Source: Eledone cirrhosa
Taxonomy: Eukaryota
Direction of reading: 5' to 3'
Assembly (NCBI GenBank): GCA_964016885.1
Contig: OZ024743.1
Span: 297,600,001-297,664,000, forward strand
Length of the DNA: 64,000 nucleotides
Positions 27,660 through 42,378 of this stretch are shown one piece after another (position 1 is the first letter of the stretch; each line of letters opens with the position of its first letter). A program made the position numbers and the translations under genes. A model generated the notes under the pieces. The model was not told where the DNA came from and ran no database searches. It saw only the letters and a list, made by a program, of their open reading frames with translations.

Positions 27660-28906
27660 CAAGTCTTCGGTGATGTTACAGTGACTTAGCGGATTATCTG
27701 AATTAGCATCATCATATAGTTCTTTTTTACTTATTTCGTTACACTCATGCATTTATTGTCCTATACACATATACACAAATGCACTTACATATATAGGTAC
27801 ATTTATACGTGTGTGTTCTCTACCTATATCCGTATGATCAAATACAAATTTCTTTATTGCTATATAATCTGCTAACCCCGCAGCATACATAGTATTTCGT
27901 ATATTGGGCTTGTGATCATAACATGGAGTATTTGATTCCAACGTCAAACGGCGCGTATTGTTCTTGAGTAAGACAGTTAATTTCTAGCACCTTGTACTCA
28001 CAATCACTTAACGCCACTTAAAACCGGGGTATACTTTACGATGGACTGGCATAACGTCACATAAAATTGAGATAAGCTCCAGTCCAATGGGCCTTTAAGC
28101 TCGAGAAAGACTTTCAAAATGTACTGCTCTATGTTTTAAGAGGCGTTAATAGATAATAGAAAACCCATTCAGTATGGTAAAGTTGTAAATGAATTTGCAT
28201 AAGACAAGAATGGAAACTAATTCACAGTTTTTCAGTCAGCTGGGAGGTTCACTCTTGCAAAAACATCAGCCACCCTAATTTCAATAAATATTAAAGGGAA
28301 GTCGATTTGCAAAAATAGTAAAATTTCTGGCTAGGGACTTCATGTATTCAATTGCATCCTCTACATTCGAGGTTCTGATTTAATCGGGCTTTTGACTTTA
28401 CCTTCCATCATGATTGATAAAATACGAGGGTCGGCTAAAAAGTTCCTAGACTGACTATGAAGGAGTGATGCTAGAGATGTGAAATCTTAACTCCTCTTAT
28501 TAATAACTACATTGTTATTTCTCGGGGATCCTGCTGAAAAATAAACCACATTTGGTCAATTCATGAGAGTATTTTGGTGAGCCTATGAAGTTTTGAGCCG
28601 ACTGTCGTAAGAAGTAGTTATAAACCTGGGTTAGCATCCATCGAGTCCTCCATAAGAATGTTCTCATCTAATTTTCAGGCAGAGTGTACTGAGTTCAAAC
28701 TTCGCCTTTCGTTTATCTCGAACCAATAAAATATGATCGTGTCATGTCAATTTAATTAATCGTACAATATACCCAATAAATCAGATGCCATTGTTCCATA
28801 ATTAATCGATAAACAGGTAAAAGGGACAAATAGATATTTCATAAAGAAATAAAAATGAGATAAAACGAAACATAAATAAAAAATAACATGATACAAACCA
28901 AACACA

Positions 28907-29057
<151 letters not shown>

Positions 29058-29130
29058 TATATATATATATATATATATCCAGGAGTAAAGGGGAAAGAGG
29101 GAATATAGTAATAATTTCAATAATACTCAC

Positions 29131-29373
29131 CGACCTCTCCGCTTCTCTGACTGTTTCACTATAAATATCCAAATTGTCCTGTATCACTTGTAAGGCTTCA
29201 TATCTACTGATGTTAACGATACGTGAGGGTGTTACTGGCACATGTTCGTAAACGGCACCAACGAAGGCATCACGTCGGTTTGAGTTTTGTTCATAATTCG
29301 AAACCACAGCACTAACCACTAACAGTAATAGAAGACCCCCAAACAACCCCCTTGTACCACCGATTTCAACCAT
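29131..29373 (-). CDS. Vanin/biotinidase-family protein, exon 1 of 2 (signal peptide + AVYEH motif)
   Basis: [54 protein letters not shown], then donor gtgagt (phase 0). Joins in frame to RVDIIVFPE; 543 aa in total. Confidence 0.88.
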
Positions 29374-29681
29374 TATTGTCAAATGAGCACCGTCCGAACT
29401 GGGCGAGTTTTCGCAACCGACTGAACGTATTTCAGTTTAACTGAGGTCAGATTGAACACAGTAAACAATGACGTGCCTATGCGTATATGATATATACGCA
29501 TATATTATAGAAGAGATAAACTAATCAGGTCTGTATGTGTAAATGGGTGTGGGTGTGAATGCGTGCATTACTGCGTTACTGTGCATGTTTGTCTGTATGT
29601 GTGTGTCTGTGTGTGTGAATGCGTGCATCATTGTGTGACTGAGTGTGATTGTGAATGCTTCTGTGTGTAATTGTGTGCGTG

Positions 29682-29762
<81 letters not shown>

Positions 29763-29842
29763 GTGAGAGAGAGCGAGAGACTGATAAAATAGAGGGGGAA
29801 TATATGCATACGTTCGCGCGCGTGTGTGTGAGAGAGATAGAG

Positions 29843-29923
<81 letters not shown>

Positions 29924-30225
29924 ATGGATGAGTAGTGAGTGCGGGCGTTCGCGAGTGTGTTTTAGAGAGTGAAAGTGTCAGTGTGTGCATGTGTGTGCAT
30001 GCGCACGTGTATGTGAGAATGTGTGTAGGTGTGTGTAGGTGTATGGAGAGGCAAACGATAACTAATGTTCGTTGTTTAATGCCAAGTATAATGAAGTGTA
30101 TTTTTAGATGTGTTTGGAGCGAAATGTAAAGTGGGAGAGAGAGGGGTAGAGGGAATATGTGTATATGTGTGTGTAAAAGAGAGAAAGAGAGAGTGAAAGT
30201 TAGAGGAGGTAATGTAGTGACAGAT

Positions 30226-30288
<63 letters not shown>

Positions 30289-32444
30289 AAATAAGTGGGA
30301 GGGGCAGGAGAATGAAAAAATATTGGGAAAAAAAGGAAAGTGAACGATATAGAGGTAACATCTTCAATATCTTTCTCTTAAATCTTTCTCAATGTCACCA
30401 CCACCACCAACACCATTAATACTACCACAACCACCACCACCACCATCTCTACCACCACCACTACCACCATCACCACCACCATCAGAACACCCACCATCAT
30501 CATTATAGTCATTAAAATCATATAATAATCGTTTATAATTTTGTATTTGCCACAAGGGTGACGGACGTTAAATAAATAAATTACAAACCGAGGCGTGTTA
30601 TTTGGTATATATATAGAACCGGGCATGAGAAAACCGACATAAAAACAACAGTGTTGAAGGGAATTAGATGAAACATTCCAATAGGAAGTGGAATTATCTG
30701 TAGCCACACAGGAACACCAACAGATTCACGATTACATTGACTACCAAGGGCAAATGCTTTCTCCCAACTGTCATTTTCAGCCTACAGCACATACTTAGAG
30801 TAGGTTTGTTCAATCAGACCATTCTTGCGGTTTTCATACACCTTTTAGCAAGTTTACAAGAAAGCAGCACGTCCATTTTCACCCTCAACTTCTTCCACAA
30901 CATCCATTCTGGGCAGATAAAACCTAGAGTAATAATTAAGAAGGTGATGTGGGCGTTCGCCCCCTCTCTTGGCCTTTCCAGAGAAAGTGTTTGTCATTAA
31001 TTCTTTCAATTTTGTCACAGCACACAACCTATTTCCCCATAACAACCAGAAAGAATAAACTACTTGCTCGCTCCTTTCAAAGAAAGGCAGTAGTATTATT
31101 CTCACGATGGAAACAGCTAATTGTTAGATCTGTGCTACACGCGATAACAGTTGTTCATCAAATCTAAAAGTTAGAATTATTCGGCACTGAATAAGTGTCG
31201 ACAGAATATTTTCGTCATTCCGCGTGCACCTGGGATAGTCCTGCCGACGGCACTACTTTGTCTGCAGAGTTTATCCTGAACAGGTAATGCAAGGACAATG
31301 ATTTTTTTTAATCTTCCATAGACCTCAGATTAAAAATCTTTCGAAATGGACAGTTCATTTGATCTTGGTGCCTAGAATCTCCCACAGATCATTTTCGCTG
31401 TTGTTTGAGACTCGCCCTTTACGGAATACAAGCGTTAAAAAAATGTACTATAGACTATATGCTCATCTAGTGAAGAGCTGTGCGTGCTTGAAAGCATTCC
31501 AGAACTACAGCTCCATCAAAAAGACGAGTTGGCTGTAGAAAGATATATATATGATATATACGTATATACACACACACATGCCACATCTTTTAAGGCAAAT
31601 ACAATAAGAACTTTCGAACACGAATTGGTGCGAAATGTATGGTACTTATTCACGTGACTGTCATCAACCAACCAAATTACTTTTTTAAAAAACCCAGCAA
31701 TTTGAGCCACTCTTTCCGCATAAAACAGAAAGAACTTTCGAACATGAACCAGATGCGAGACAAACACCAACAGAAACACAAACCTTCCATCTCAATTTTA
31801 CTTTTGAAAATCATAAGAAATGTAATCTTTTCAATATATATATATATGTAAGAATATTTTCGAAACAGCGAGTTGGTTTGAAATTATTAGAAATGTAAGC
31901 TATCGCCGTATTTTGACTAAAGAAATTAAAGAAATTATTTAGCATGATAGTGGGGTTAAGAACCCTCGGAGAAGTGGAAAAAAAAAAACAACAACTTTGT
32001 GAAAAAACACAACTACCAACACTGCTGCTACTATTATGACTACACACTTCTCTCTCTAAACACAAGAATTCATTCTCCAGTCCACTTCTGAGCAAGGAAG
32101 ATGGGAAAAAGTTACTCCAATACTTCTTGAATTTTTAGTTTTTAATTCTTATTAATTCTTTTTAAATAGATGAATTTTAATAATACATTGAAACCGGTAA
32201 TACTTTATATACTTTATATACTTTATATACATTATAAAACTCTTTTTTTAAAGAATTGTCCTTCTAATTTTTTCAATAATGTCATCTTTTCAATAATGTC
32301 ACTTTGACGAATCAAAGAAAGAGGAAAAAAGAAAAACAGACTCTAACATATATTTTCCGTGCTGTTTCCAACCTCACATTTTCTCTATATCCACTCTTTT
32401 GTATAGAACCTTACTTCCCTTTTCTAATATATATATGTATATAC

Positions 32445-33200
32445 ATATCAAGTAAAATAACGGAGTAAAAGGCTCACGTATAATCCTGCAATTCAATGAG
32501 CTCAAAGGAAAGAGTTTTCCTGGCACTTTAAAATACAATATAGAGAGCAAAAACACAGGAGAGTGTGTTTTCATTACAGGATTTTAACCACCAGCGTGAA
32601 GAGAAAATAAGCTAAGAGAGATGTAGGAGAAACATAATAATTAAAAGGATAAATTAAAATGAAAAACCTACCTCATAACGAAATCGCACTTGTACAAACT
32701 CACTAGGAAATTGTTTCACCGTATTAGTGATTTCAAACTCAGCTCTTGGATCATCAGCAAGTGCTCAAGCTGATATTGTCCCCACTACTAAAGATGACTA
32801 TAGTAATTGACCTGCAGCACGTTTGAATAGAAGGACATACGTGCACGAGGCAGTGACCGGTGGTATGAACAGAATAAGCCGCTAGAGTTGGCAGCCTATA
32901 CCATTCAATTTATCGTGCTCGACTGCAGAGAGAAGACGGGAGGAGCAAATATCAAGTAAAATAACGAAGTAAAGGACTCACGTATAATCCTGTAATTCAA
33001 TGAGCTCAAAGGAAAGAGTTTTCCTGGGCACTTTAAAATACAATATAGAGAGGAAAAACAGAGGAGAGTGTGTTTTCATTACAGGATTTTAACTACCAGC
33101 TAAGAGAGGTGTAGGAGAAACATAATAATTGAAAGGATAAATTAAAATGAAAAACCTACGTATGAAAACACTCTCGTGTGTTTTCCCTCTTTATATTGTA
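32445..33200. repeat. ~210-230-bp direct repeat (32445-32671 / 32949-33159) with a short inverted tail (33161-33200)
   Basis: atatcaagtaaaataacg..ctcacgtataatcctg...atgaaaaacctac occurs twice. The tail is the reverse complement of tacaatatagagag..gtgttttcat. Confidence 0.8.
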
Positions 33201-35344
33201 TATATAAACATATACATGTGTGAGAGAGGGAAAAGTGGGAGACTTGGGAATGAAGACGAGATATGAAGAAATCATATTTACACTATTTACACCATACTTA
33301 TAACGCATCACATAATCCCCGTTTCAATTCCAAATGTCCGAATACTCACTCTTTCTCACAAATACAAAGATGTATTAAAAAAGACTGCACACACATAGTC
33401 ATCTGTTTGTGAAATAACTTTTAAATTAATACGTTAACCTAAATATTTTCCATGTTATATTCGCATTGCCATTTTTACTGCTTTTCAGTATACTCGTCTC
33501 TAATGTTAATGGCAGTATAGGAAAGACGTTTGTTTTAGACTCAAACGAGCTGAAAGATTGATTGAACGCCATAGAGTGACTGCACCAAATTTGATCGTTG
33601 TGTTGTGGACACATTTAGGATAAACAGAAATATCATTATATCCCAGTTGAAGTTGGTGGATTGGTAGAATTGTTATAGTGTTAGATAATATGCTTCGTAA
33701 TATTAGTTCTGACTCTTCATATTTCGAGTTAAAGTCCTGCCGGGATCAACGGTGTCTTTCCTCCTTCTGTGGTAAATCATCGCAATTAAGAGGTCCTGGG
33801 TTCTATCGCAATGCGTATCATCTTAGGTAAATATCTTTACCATAGTTTGGGTTGACCCAAGTTTCGCCTAAACCATAATCTTGAAATATTTCTTCCACCA
33901 ACCATCCAAAAGAGCATCTGAAATTTCAAAACATTTACGGCCAAACAAAAATCACAAATATATGCCCAAAACATCTAGGGCCAGGCAGAATCACCGCATT
34001 CACAAACATCTACAACTGCTCGTAACAATACTGTCAAATTCTTAGAATATGGGAAATATGTAAAACCATGACAGTTATCCCCTAAAAAAATAATAATACG
34101 AGAAACAAAAAGCAAAAAGAAAAAATCAAAACAAAATTATATCGCATCACAGTGACTCACCACCATCTGATGCAAACCCCCAAAATGTCTAGAAAAGCAA
34201 ACCTTCGACATTCCTTGCTGATAATCCCACATCGAATTCCCACCACGGGTTTACACTACTCACAATCCTAACACAGAAAATACGTTATCTCTTCAACAAC
34301 AAGATACCTCCCATACTTACCATTTGACTCTATACAAACAATACTCAATAGCAGTCTTTTCCATACCACATTTCTAGTGAAAGACACTGTCTATGATTTT
34401 CAATTCATTCGGAAAATAATCAAGAATTTAGAAATATTTAGTAATATAAATTTCTCGTTTTAAGCTGGTGTTTGGAACATAAGTCAATAAAAAGGTTGTT
34501 TTTCTTTTACATAAAATCATGATAGAAGGCTCTTAGATAAATATACTCTAAATTAAACAGCTTAATATTATAGAATCAGGGTCGATTTCAAGTGGTTTGC
34601 TATCAAAAGAATTGAGAAATAGCGAAAAGAAAGAAAAAAACTAATTGGTAAGCTATGTTAGGCTAGCCAGCCTGACAGGACAACACATCCAGAACTTTCA
34701 ATTCCATTTCGAACATGTTGAAAAACACATTAAGAATTGACATTTTACTTTAATATTGCAAGTGTTCGCAAGGATCTGTCCAGTAGTAAGTATACTATAA
34801 ATATGTGAATTAATGTAAATTTCTCAAGTTATTAAAGAGCGTTAAGAGTTAATATAATCTACTTTTACTACTGCTTCCTAAAATGATTTATGGTAGCGAT
34901 GTCAGTAACAGTAGAAGAAAGTAATACAGTAAGGACAACAAAGATCACTAGTTCGAGAGAAGGTTTCCGGTAAGAACTGGCACTGTAGAAAATAAAAATG
35001 TAGAAAGACTTCAAACGATCAATAGCGTAGTTGTTTATAACTTTTTACATCCGAATTGAAAAGGTTTTATACTTGATAGAAATAAGGGCAATAGGTTTGT
35101 GGAGTTCTGAAAATGTTTCACACTATAATATAAGCATTTGTAATTGCATGCTGTTTTCTGTTTTCGTATATATAGTTTTCTAATTTTATAGAGTTTTTCT
35201 TGTTGATGAATTATTTGGGATAACCTTCAAAATGAAGTGTTAGATAAATGTCATTACAGTACAAAATGTTTCTAGTATGGTTTATTTCGTAATCGCTTTT
35301 CAAAAGGTTTAATTATAGTTATTATAACTAAATCTACATAGGGC

Positions 35345-35770
35345 AGGGGAATGGCAGAATCGTTAATCGTTGGACAAAATGATTTGCGGTATTTGTTCGG
35401 ACTTTTTACATACTGTTCCAATCGCACCGAAGTCAATTTATATTTCATCCTCCCGGGGTCGTTAAAATAAAGTACCAGTCAAATACGGAGATCAATTTAA
35501 TTGACTTTATTTTCCCACAAATTGCTTGGCTTGTGCTTAAATGAGAAATCATTACTTTTAAATCTACACAAAATCCTTAGGGCGTCGGAAAAAATGCCTT
35601 ATGGCAATTGTTGTTCTCTACCGTGTCTATAAGTTTTGAAATTATATACCACCACGGTTAAATTTTTCTCACCCTTCTGAATTCCATAAAATGAAATACC
35701 AGTCAAGTACTGGGAGCGATACACACGACTACTGCTGCCGCCCAAATTTACTGGCTCTTGTGCCTGTTAC
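35345..35770 (+). mobile_element. Older SINE copies
   Basis: tggcagaatcgtt..ttcatcctcccggggtcgttaaaataaagtaccagtc. Confidence 0.6.
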
Positions 35771-35838
35771 AAATAATTATTACTAGCTCTACTAAAGGCA
35801 ATGGGATTAGGCATTTTCCACTCATAGTAATTCCTTTC

Positions 35839-35899
<61 letters not shown>

Positions 35900-35901
<2 letters not shown>

Positions 35902-38386
35902 AGAGTATTGAAGTTTGCTTGAAGCATTGTGGAACAATAAGTAAATATCTTTAAGTCGTTTGGAAGCCTCGACAATGCAAATGGGTAAATCTCCGGGTAA
36001 CAAGGTCCGGTGGTGGAGAGAGAGATGTAAGTGGGTGTACGTTGAGATGCGTGGTGTGTATAACATGTGTGAGATGTGTAGAATGAAGGGAAGAGTATAA
36101 AGGATAAAAATAAAAATAACAACACAAGAGAGAGTTACCTTGGGAGAGATTTAATAGTCCCTATATATTTCGGATTCACATCCATCAACTGGGGGTTTTT
36201 TTCCGGGGTGGGGGAAAAGGTTGTCTGTCGGACAACTCGGAACGCGTCTTTCGCTGTTTGTTGATTTGAATATCTGAGGTATTCGGCCGAGCGCGCGTGC
36301 GCGTGAAATGGGGTCGGTCGTGCAGAGGTCAGCGGCCGAATGAGGGAGTGGGATGGCGCTAGCTGTCAGTCCATTCTCTGCCTGTTTGTTAAATGTTACT
36401 GTGTGTGTATGTGTGCGTGTGTTGTTGTCTCGCTTGAGTGTGTGTGTGTGTGTTGTTGCCTTGTTCATCTGTATTGGCAGTGTAGTATGTTCGTATGGTG
36501 GAATGCTACTGTGTGTGTGCGTGTGTGTGTGTAGTTGTCTCGTTTGCGTGTGTGTGTGTGTGTGCGTGTGTTGTGTGTTGTTGCATCGCTTGTTAACTTA
36601 AACCAGCCATTTCATTTCGCTTCTCTCTGATCGGTTGTTTATTTGCGGTTGCAGTCGTTTGATAAAAAGCGCTTCCTTGATACGTAACGTGCCGACGTTT
36701 CTTTCAGTCGCTAGAATTGTGACAATGGGCCTTCCGTCTTTGTTTCCGCATTTGTCTATGTGTTTCCGGAAAGACGAGGCCCTGGTTTTGGTGTGTTCCT
36801 TGATCCGGATCTGCAAAGGTCGAATTGTGCTACCTATGTAGTATTGGTTGCACCTGTCACATTCTATCTTATATACGACGTATGTGCGTAGGCAACAGTT
36901 AGCATGGCGTATCGGGCAGTCTCTGAGGGAGCATGCGTCAGTCGATTTTTCGGGTTTCCTGGAGAGGCATCTTCGCAGGGAGGGGCCCGAGTGGGCCAGG
37001 TGGATGTCGAGGCCCTCCCTCCGTATAGCCTTGCGGATAGCGTTGGTGGTTTTCTCGCTCAGGTGTGGCATTTTAAGGAAGCACTTGCCTTGGGTGCTAC
37101 TCTGTCTCTTGCGTCTGGTGTGTCCTATTCTGTCTGTGATCGAGGTAGGGTACCCGTTCGTCTCCAGCACCTCGAGGAATCGCTTGGTATGAGTGACACC
37201 ACTCGCGGGATCGCTGCATCTGTTTTTGATTCGCGCGATCTCGTTCGTGATGTATCCTCTTTTGGCACTGTTAGGGAGGGCGGACTTGTAGTGAACGAAT
37301 AGGTCCCTGCAGGCTGCCTTTCTGTAGAAGTTGCAGTGGATCCCTCCTTGTTCCGTGATGTTGATTCGAAAGTCGAGGAGGGCAAGTGACCCGTCTTCGT
37401 TGGGGTGTTCAACACTGAAGTCAATGTTCTCGTCCGTGTTGTTGAACGTCTCATAGATTCTGTTCGCTGTGTCTTGGGGAGATGTGAGGATGAGGATATC
37501 GTCCACGTACCTTGAGAAAAAGGCTACGGCGTTGGGGTGGCAGGCGTTGAGTGCCTTGCGTTCGAGGTTGTCCATGTAGGAGATCGCTAGCACACCTGAT
37601 AGACTTGATCCCATGGGCAATTCCGAGGTTTGTTGGTATATTTGGTCAAGGAATCCGAAGTAGGTGTTGTCGACGACGATGGATAGGAGTTGGTGGATGT
37701 CAGTGGTGGTGAGCCCGAAGCAGTGTAGGTCGGTGGATTGGACGCGTTCCATCAGTATATTGATGGCGGGGAGTGCCGGGACCGAGGTGTAGAGAGCGAC
37801 TACATCAAGGCTGAAGGCATATCTGTTATTCCTTCTGGTGTCGGGATCCAATTGATGCAGGCGCTTCAACACCTCCTCGGAGCTGTTAACGTGTCCCGGC
37901 AAGGTGTCTAAGATGGGTTTGAGTATTCTGGCTAGGAGCCATGAAATTTTGTAGAGTGGTCCCTCCACGCTCGATACGATGGGCCTGATTTTCAGGTCGG
38001 GTCCCTGTTTGTGTGTTTTCACGAGGTGGTAGAAGGCGGGTAGTCTGCTGTTCCTCGTGAGGAGGTTGTATCTCAGCTTCTTCGGGAGCTTCCGCCGGTC
38101 GCAGATGTTGGTCCAGGCGGAGTTGATGTGTTCTTCTATCTGCGCGGGAGTGATTCCCGTGACCTTGGAGTAGAGGTTGTCATCGTCAAGGTGTTGGAGG
38201 GCCAGGGTGTTGTAGGCCTCTCTGCTGATGACGCAGAATTGTTTTCCCTTGTCGGAGGGGAGATAGATGAGGTTCTTCGATTTTAGGTTGGAGAGAGTGG
38301 TGAGTTGAGATTTGGTGAGGTTATGTGTTGTGCGTGTGTGTGTGTGTTTGTGAAGTATATCCGAGATGGAGTGTTTTAGCCTGATG

Positions 38387-38390
<4 letters not shown>
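35900..38390 (-). mobile_element. 5'-truncated Penelope-like element with 3' pLTR, inserted in (TA)n
   Basis: RT-GIY-YIG ORF. The 3' pLTR ends with the ORF-start peptide TMLQANFNTLL, homologous to TMLQVNYNLLL of the 55-58 kb PLE. Degenerate hammerhead at 36159-36195 (CAGTTGA..ggat-gtga-atcc GAAA). Confidence 0.9.
36598..38390 (-). CDS. PLE polyprotein (RT + GIY-YIG endonuclease), N-terminally truncated
   Basis: SDKG (upstream of the called start), KTHK..RPIVS, FSLDVVALYTSV, LPMGS, RYVDD, YVVY..C..C..YIGST.R, LRIKEALFI..P.IN. Confidence 0.9.
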
Positions 38391-38426
<36 letters not shown>

Positions 38427-38433
<7 letters not shown>

Positions 38434-38921
38434 AAGTTAAATAAAAAGTCAAGTGATTAAAATTTAGCTTCGTTTATTACTGCTATATATATTTCAGTGA
38501 CGGCCATCTTTGGCTGTGACCTCTTCAGGCAGTTTGAATTAATATGGTATAGACAAGTACATATGTTGTTGGGGTGTATAATATTGTCAATACTCTGATA
38601 TGCCCAGTTATGATTCCAGTTCCTCAGTGAAATAACAACCCAACCAGGAACTGGGCATATCAGAGTATTTACAATATTATACACCTAAACAACTTGTCTA
38701 TACCATACTAATTCAAACTGCCTGAAGAGGTCACAGCCAAAGATGGCTGTCACTGAAATATATATAGCAGTAATAAACGAAGCTAAATTTTAATCACTTG
38801 ACTTTTTATTTAACTTTATTTTACATTACTCCGGAGTAACCAAACCAACCTGCGCACTTCGTCGAGTGCTCCAGCCTGCATACTGAGGTGTTGGTATACA
38901 ACCAACATAAACTCAAAATCT
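38427..38921. mobile_element. Family A element: inverted copy plus longer direct copy, two hammerheads (38479-38533 -, 38717-38771 +)
   Basis: Both motifs read actgc CTGAAGA ggtcacagcc...GAAA tatatata gcagt. Flanked by (TA)n. Confidence 0.88.
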
Positions 38922-39015
38922 ATATATATATATAAATGAAAGGAATTATATATATATATAGTATTAGCAGATAAAGGGACAAGGAATCAGCGTTGCATCA
39001 TATACATACTTAATT

Positions 39016-39107
39016 ACATATTACATATGTTTCACTGTCGATCAGCTCGAGGAACGATCTATTAATGGTCGAACCTGACTCTGGAATCGGAAGCTCCTCA
39101 GATATAT
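39016..39107 (-). ncRNA. Hammerhead motif, family B
   Basis: Minus strand: atatat CTGAGGA gcttccga...tcgacagt GAAA catatg TA atatgt. Confidence 0.6.
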
Positions 39108-39384
39108 TTTAGCATGTAGACTCGCGTCTGAGAGTGGTTGAATATTATCCTGATTCCTTCTTATACGCTACCACAAATTCTGTCATAGGGGTGTGTCACC
39201 GTATTCACTTGTTGGTTTGTTTTCGGTCAGATCACAGCTGGGGGCTTCCTATAATTTAGCGGCTGTTGTCGCATCTGGTCATGCTGTCGTACGTATCCAT
39301 GTGTGTCAACCCATCTGCCCGACGTCCGCTGTACTGTGTTAGAATTAAAAAAATAATATAGTTTTTTTCTAAAAAAAAAAATAA

Positions 39385-39632
39385 TAATTGTTGCTACTTT
39401 TGGCACAAGGCCAGCAATTATCTCAGTGTATTACTGGTACTTTATTTTATCGACCCCGTAAAGATGAAAGGCAAAGTTAACCTCGGCGGGATTTGAACTC
39501 AGACCATAAAGGGTCGTAACTCTTTGCTGCAAAGCATGGCGTCCGACCCTCTACCTATACTGCCAATCCACATAATAATTGTTTCTACTTTTGGAACAAG
39601 GCCAGCAATTAATCCAGTGCATTACTGGTACT
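39385..39632 (-). mobile_element. tRNA-derived SINE plus partial second copy
   Basis: Consensus body and B box of the dominant family. Confidence 0.8.
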
Positions 39633-40178
39633 TTCACATAATAATATAGATGGATCAGTTGGAGTTGTGGCAGGAGTAGTGAAAGTCAAGATGTTTCAAA
39701 TAGAATCCGGCGGACGGTTAATAGATTGTCCCCACTGATGAGATAGCCGACCACAAAAAGCGATATTCCGAAAGCAAGGATGTATGAACAAGTTGAAACG
39801 ATTGTAAATAAATAAACTTATTTAATGAGTGTTACCTTTAAATTCTGATTATAAACGCTCTGCTTATCTCCTATATGCATCACTAACTCTTCATAAGCTC
39901 TAGCTTTGCATATATCGAAACGTTTATTAGGATTGAATGAATAAACATTGAGTTACACGGTGCTTTTACTCCTGGCATTTAATCTTATATAACTATCTCT
40001 ACTCTCATTCGAGATTTGAATATAATTTTCTACTTTTGGTATATATAAGAAATGCGCAACCGGTAAAAGCTTAAAATAAAACTGAATACTAACCAATACT
40101 TATTATTAATTTATACTTATTCCTAATTAAACTATTTTTCACTGGGAAAAATTTGTCAGCATTTTCTTTTCCTTTTTA

Positions 40179-40209
<31 letters not shown>

Positions 40210-40268
40210 CATCATCATCATCATCATCATCATCTTCGTTTAACGTCCATTTTCTACGCTAACATGGG

Positions 40269-40312
<44 letters not shown>

Positions 40313-40443
40313 AATGAGTTATTTGTTTTGTTGATTATTCAACAAAGTTAATTTATAACAGATTAGAGGCACTCAAAAGTTTTTTTCTGGAGTATAATAT
40401 CAATAATATTAATAAATAGAAGCTATCTTTATAAAACCATATT

Positions 40444-40504
40444 TATTTTATTATCTATATTTCAAGGGTACCAAAATTTTGGTACGATCTCATCAGATAA
40501 AATA
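40444..40504 (-). ncRNA. Hammerhead motif
   Basis: Minus strand: tattttat CTGATGA gatc-gtacc-aaaatttt-ggtac-cctt GAAA tatagata ataaaata (8-bp stem I). Confidence 0.65.
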
Positions 40505-40702
40505 CAAAAGTTGGTTTACAGATAGTGACATATTCAGACAAGAACTTAATGTTGTGAGTTCTATGAACTCACAATATTAGATCTACCAACTCATAATATT
40601 ATAATATTATAAAATTAAATCAAATTATTTAGAACTATAAGTGAAGTCGTTCTTTTCCTTTTTTTCAAATATACTTAACTGTACCAAGGATCTCACACAT
40701 TT

Positions 40703-40821
<119 letters not shown>

Positions 40822-40827
40822 CTGTCT

Positions 40828-41182
40828 GTAAACACACTATACACACACGCAAACGCATGTGCAGAGAAGACAAAAAAAAATATATAAACAGACTAAATAA
40901 AGATGGCGTAGGCATACAATACAACAGGAGGAAACATAATAGCAGCACTGACGATGTTGCAGATGTGCAACGAAAGAACTTTGTTAGACTGTATATATAT
41001 GTGTTTGTGTCTATATTGTATCTGCATTTTTGACCGTTAGTCAGTCAATAGTAACATTGAGGACCGAATAAATTAAATTAACCAATATAAAAAACACAGA
41101 AGCGAAAACCAACCAAACAGTGAGTGTGTTCTGTTATTAATTCTGGCAATATTATTACACAAATATGACCCTCCCCAAGTAT

Positions 41183-41190
<8 letters not shown>
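40828..41190 (+). mobile_element. Solo pLTR of the 52.4-55.0 kb PLE family, with hammerhead at ~40944-40985
   Basis: Highly similar to 54540-54938; CTGACGA t gttgca-gatg-tgcaac GAAA. (TA)n on both sides. Confidence 0.85.
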
Positions 41191-41258
<68 letters not shown>

Positions 41259-41445
41259 AAGAAACAGGGGCTGTGTAATTGCTGGATAAGGTGTACTTAT
41301 AAATAAGAGGAGAGCATGAACGGGAGAAAATTTTCCATCATCAGTTGTCTGCTGGGGATCATGGATATTTCTACGCATTAAAGACAAGATATCTTACCCC
41401 AGTGCGTCAATAACTAAAGAAAGTTATTGGGGGAAAAAATGGGAG

Positions 41446-41648
41446 GTGGGCCAGAATTCATGACTCGCTTGTTAGTTATATTTCTTAACATGCTTATTTT
41501 ATTGTTATTGTATTGTTTTAATTTATTATTTTATTGCTTAATATGCTTAGCAGGTTTCTTAATTTTCTTATTTATATTCGTTAACTTGTTTTATAACATG
41601 TGCTAATAGATCTATAAATACTCGAGTGAGTCATGAATTCTGGCCCAC
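41446..41648. repeat. 26-bp inverted repeats around an AT-rich core (MITE-like or fold-back remnant)
   Basis: gtgggccagaattcatgactcgcttg versus cgagtgagtcatgaattctggcccac. Confidence 0.6.
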
Positions 41649-42119
41649 ACTAGAGTGGACAATTAGACACGTGACTGGTGACATATGATATGATATTTAA
41701 TTCTCGATATATTTTGTTCATTTGTGTCACTAACAAAACAATGATTCACAAAAAGTAATATTTAAAAAACATGTCACCAATCTGAAATGTTTGGAAAACA
41801 CGACAGTAACTCGACGGTAGTTCTTTATGAAATACCAATTTGATAAAGCCACCTTTAGCTTCCGGAAATAGTGTGAAAGAGAGAGGGAGAGAGAGAGAAG
41901 GGAAAAGAAAGGGCTGAAGAAATGAGACAAAGGAGCAGGAAACGGTATTTCTTCAAATAAAGAATCTTCTTTTCTTTTCATATATACGTGATGATCGCAC
42001 AGGAAGTAACGAATTAACATCACAGACCCTGTACTTAAAGATATATATGCATATGTTTGCTTAATCACGTACACACCCACGCATGCACACATACGCATAC
42101 ATATATATGTATGTGTGTG

Positions 42120-42240
<121 letters not shown>

Positions 42241-42297
42241 GACGTAAAATAAGTTCCCTGTGTCCACGCACCGCATGGGAACTTAGCTGAGAACAGA

Positions 42298-42378
42298 CTT
42301 CCTGATGACGAAAGGCTTTCACCATGCGTTCCATTCGGAAACTATGTTTATTCCCTTTCAGAAACTAATTAGTTGGAG
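42298..42378 (+). ncRNA. Hammerhead motif
   Basis: cttc CTGATGA c-gaaagg...cctttc-a GAAA ctaattag TT ggag; palindromic stem III actaattagt. Confidence 0.55.

Noticed and set aside
30550-31800. Possible decayed DNA-transposase remnant (DEQLL / CPFR-like patches on the minus strand)
   Set aside because: Patches are too short and out of order to support a call without a profile search.
38381-38390. CTGATGAG resembling a hammerhead core
   Set aside because: Antisense of PLE coding sequence (KLIRL); no stem II/GAAA partner follows.
39735-39780. CTGATGA...CGAAA motif
   Set aside because: Stems I and III do not pair convincingly; at best a very decayed copy.
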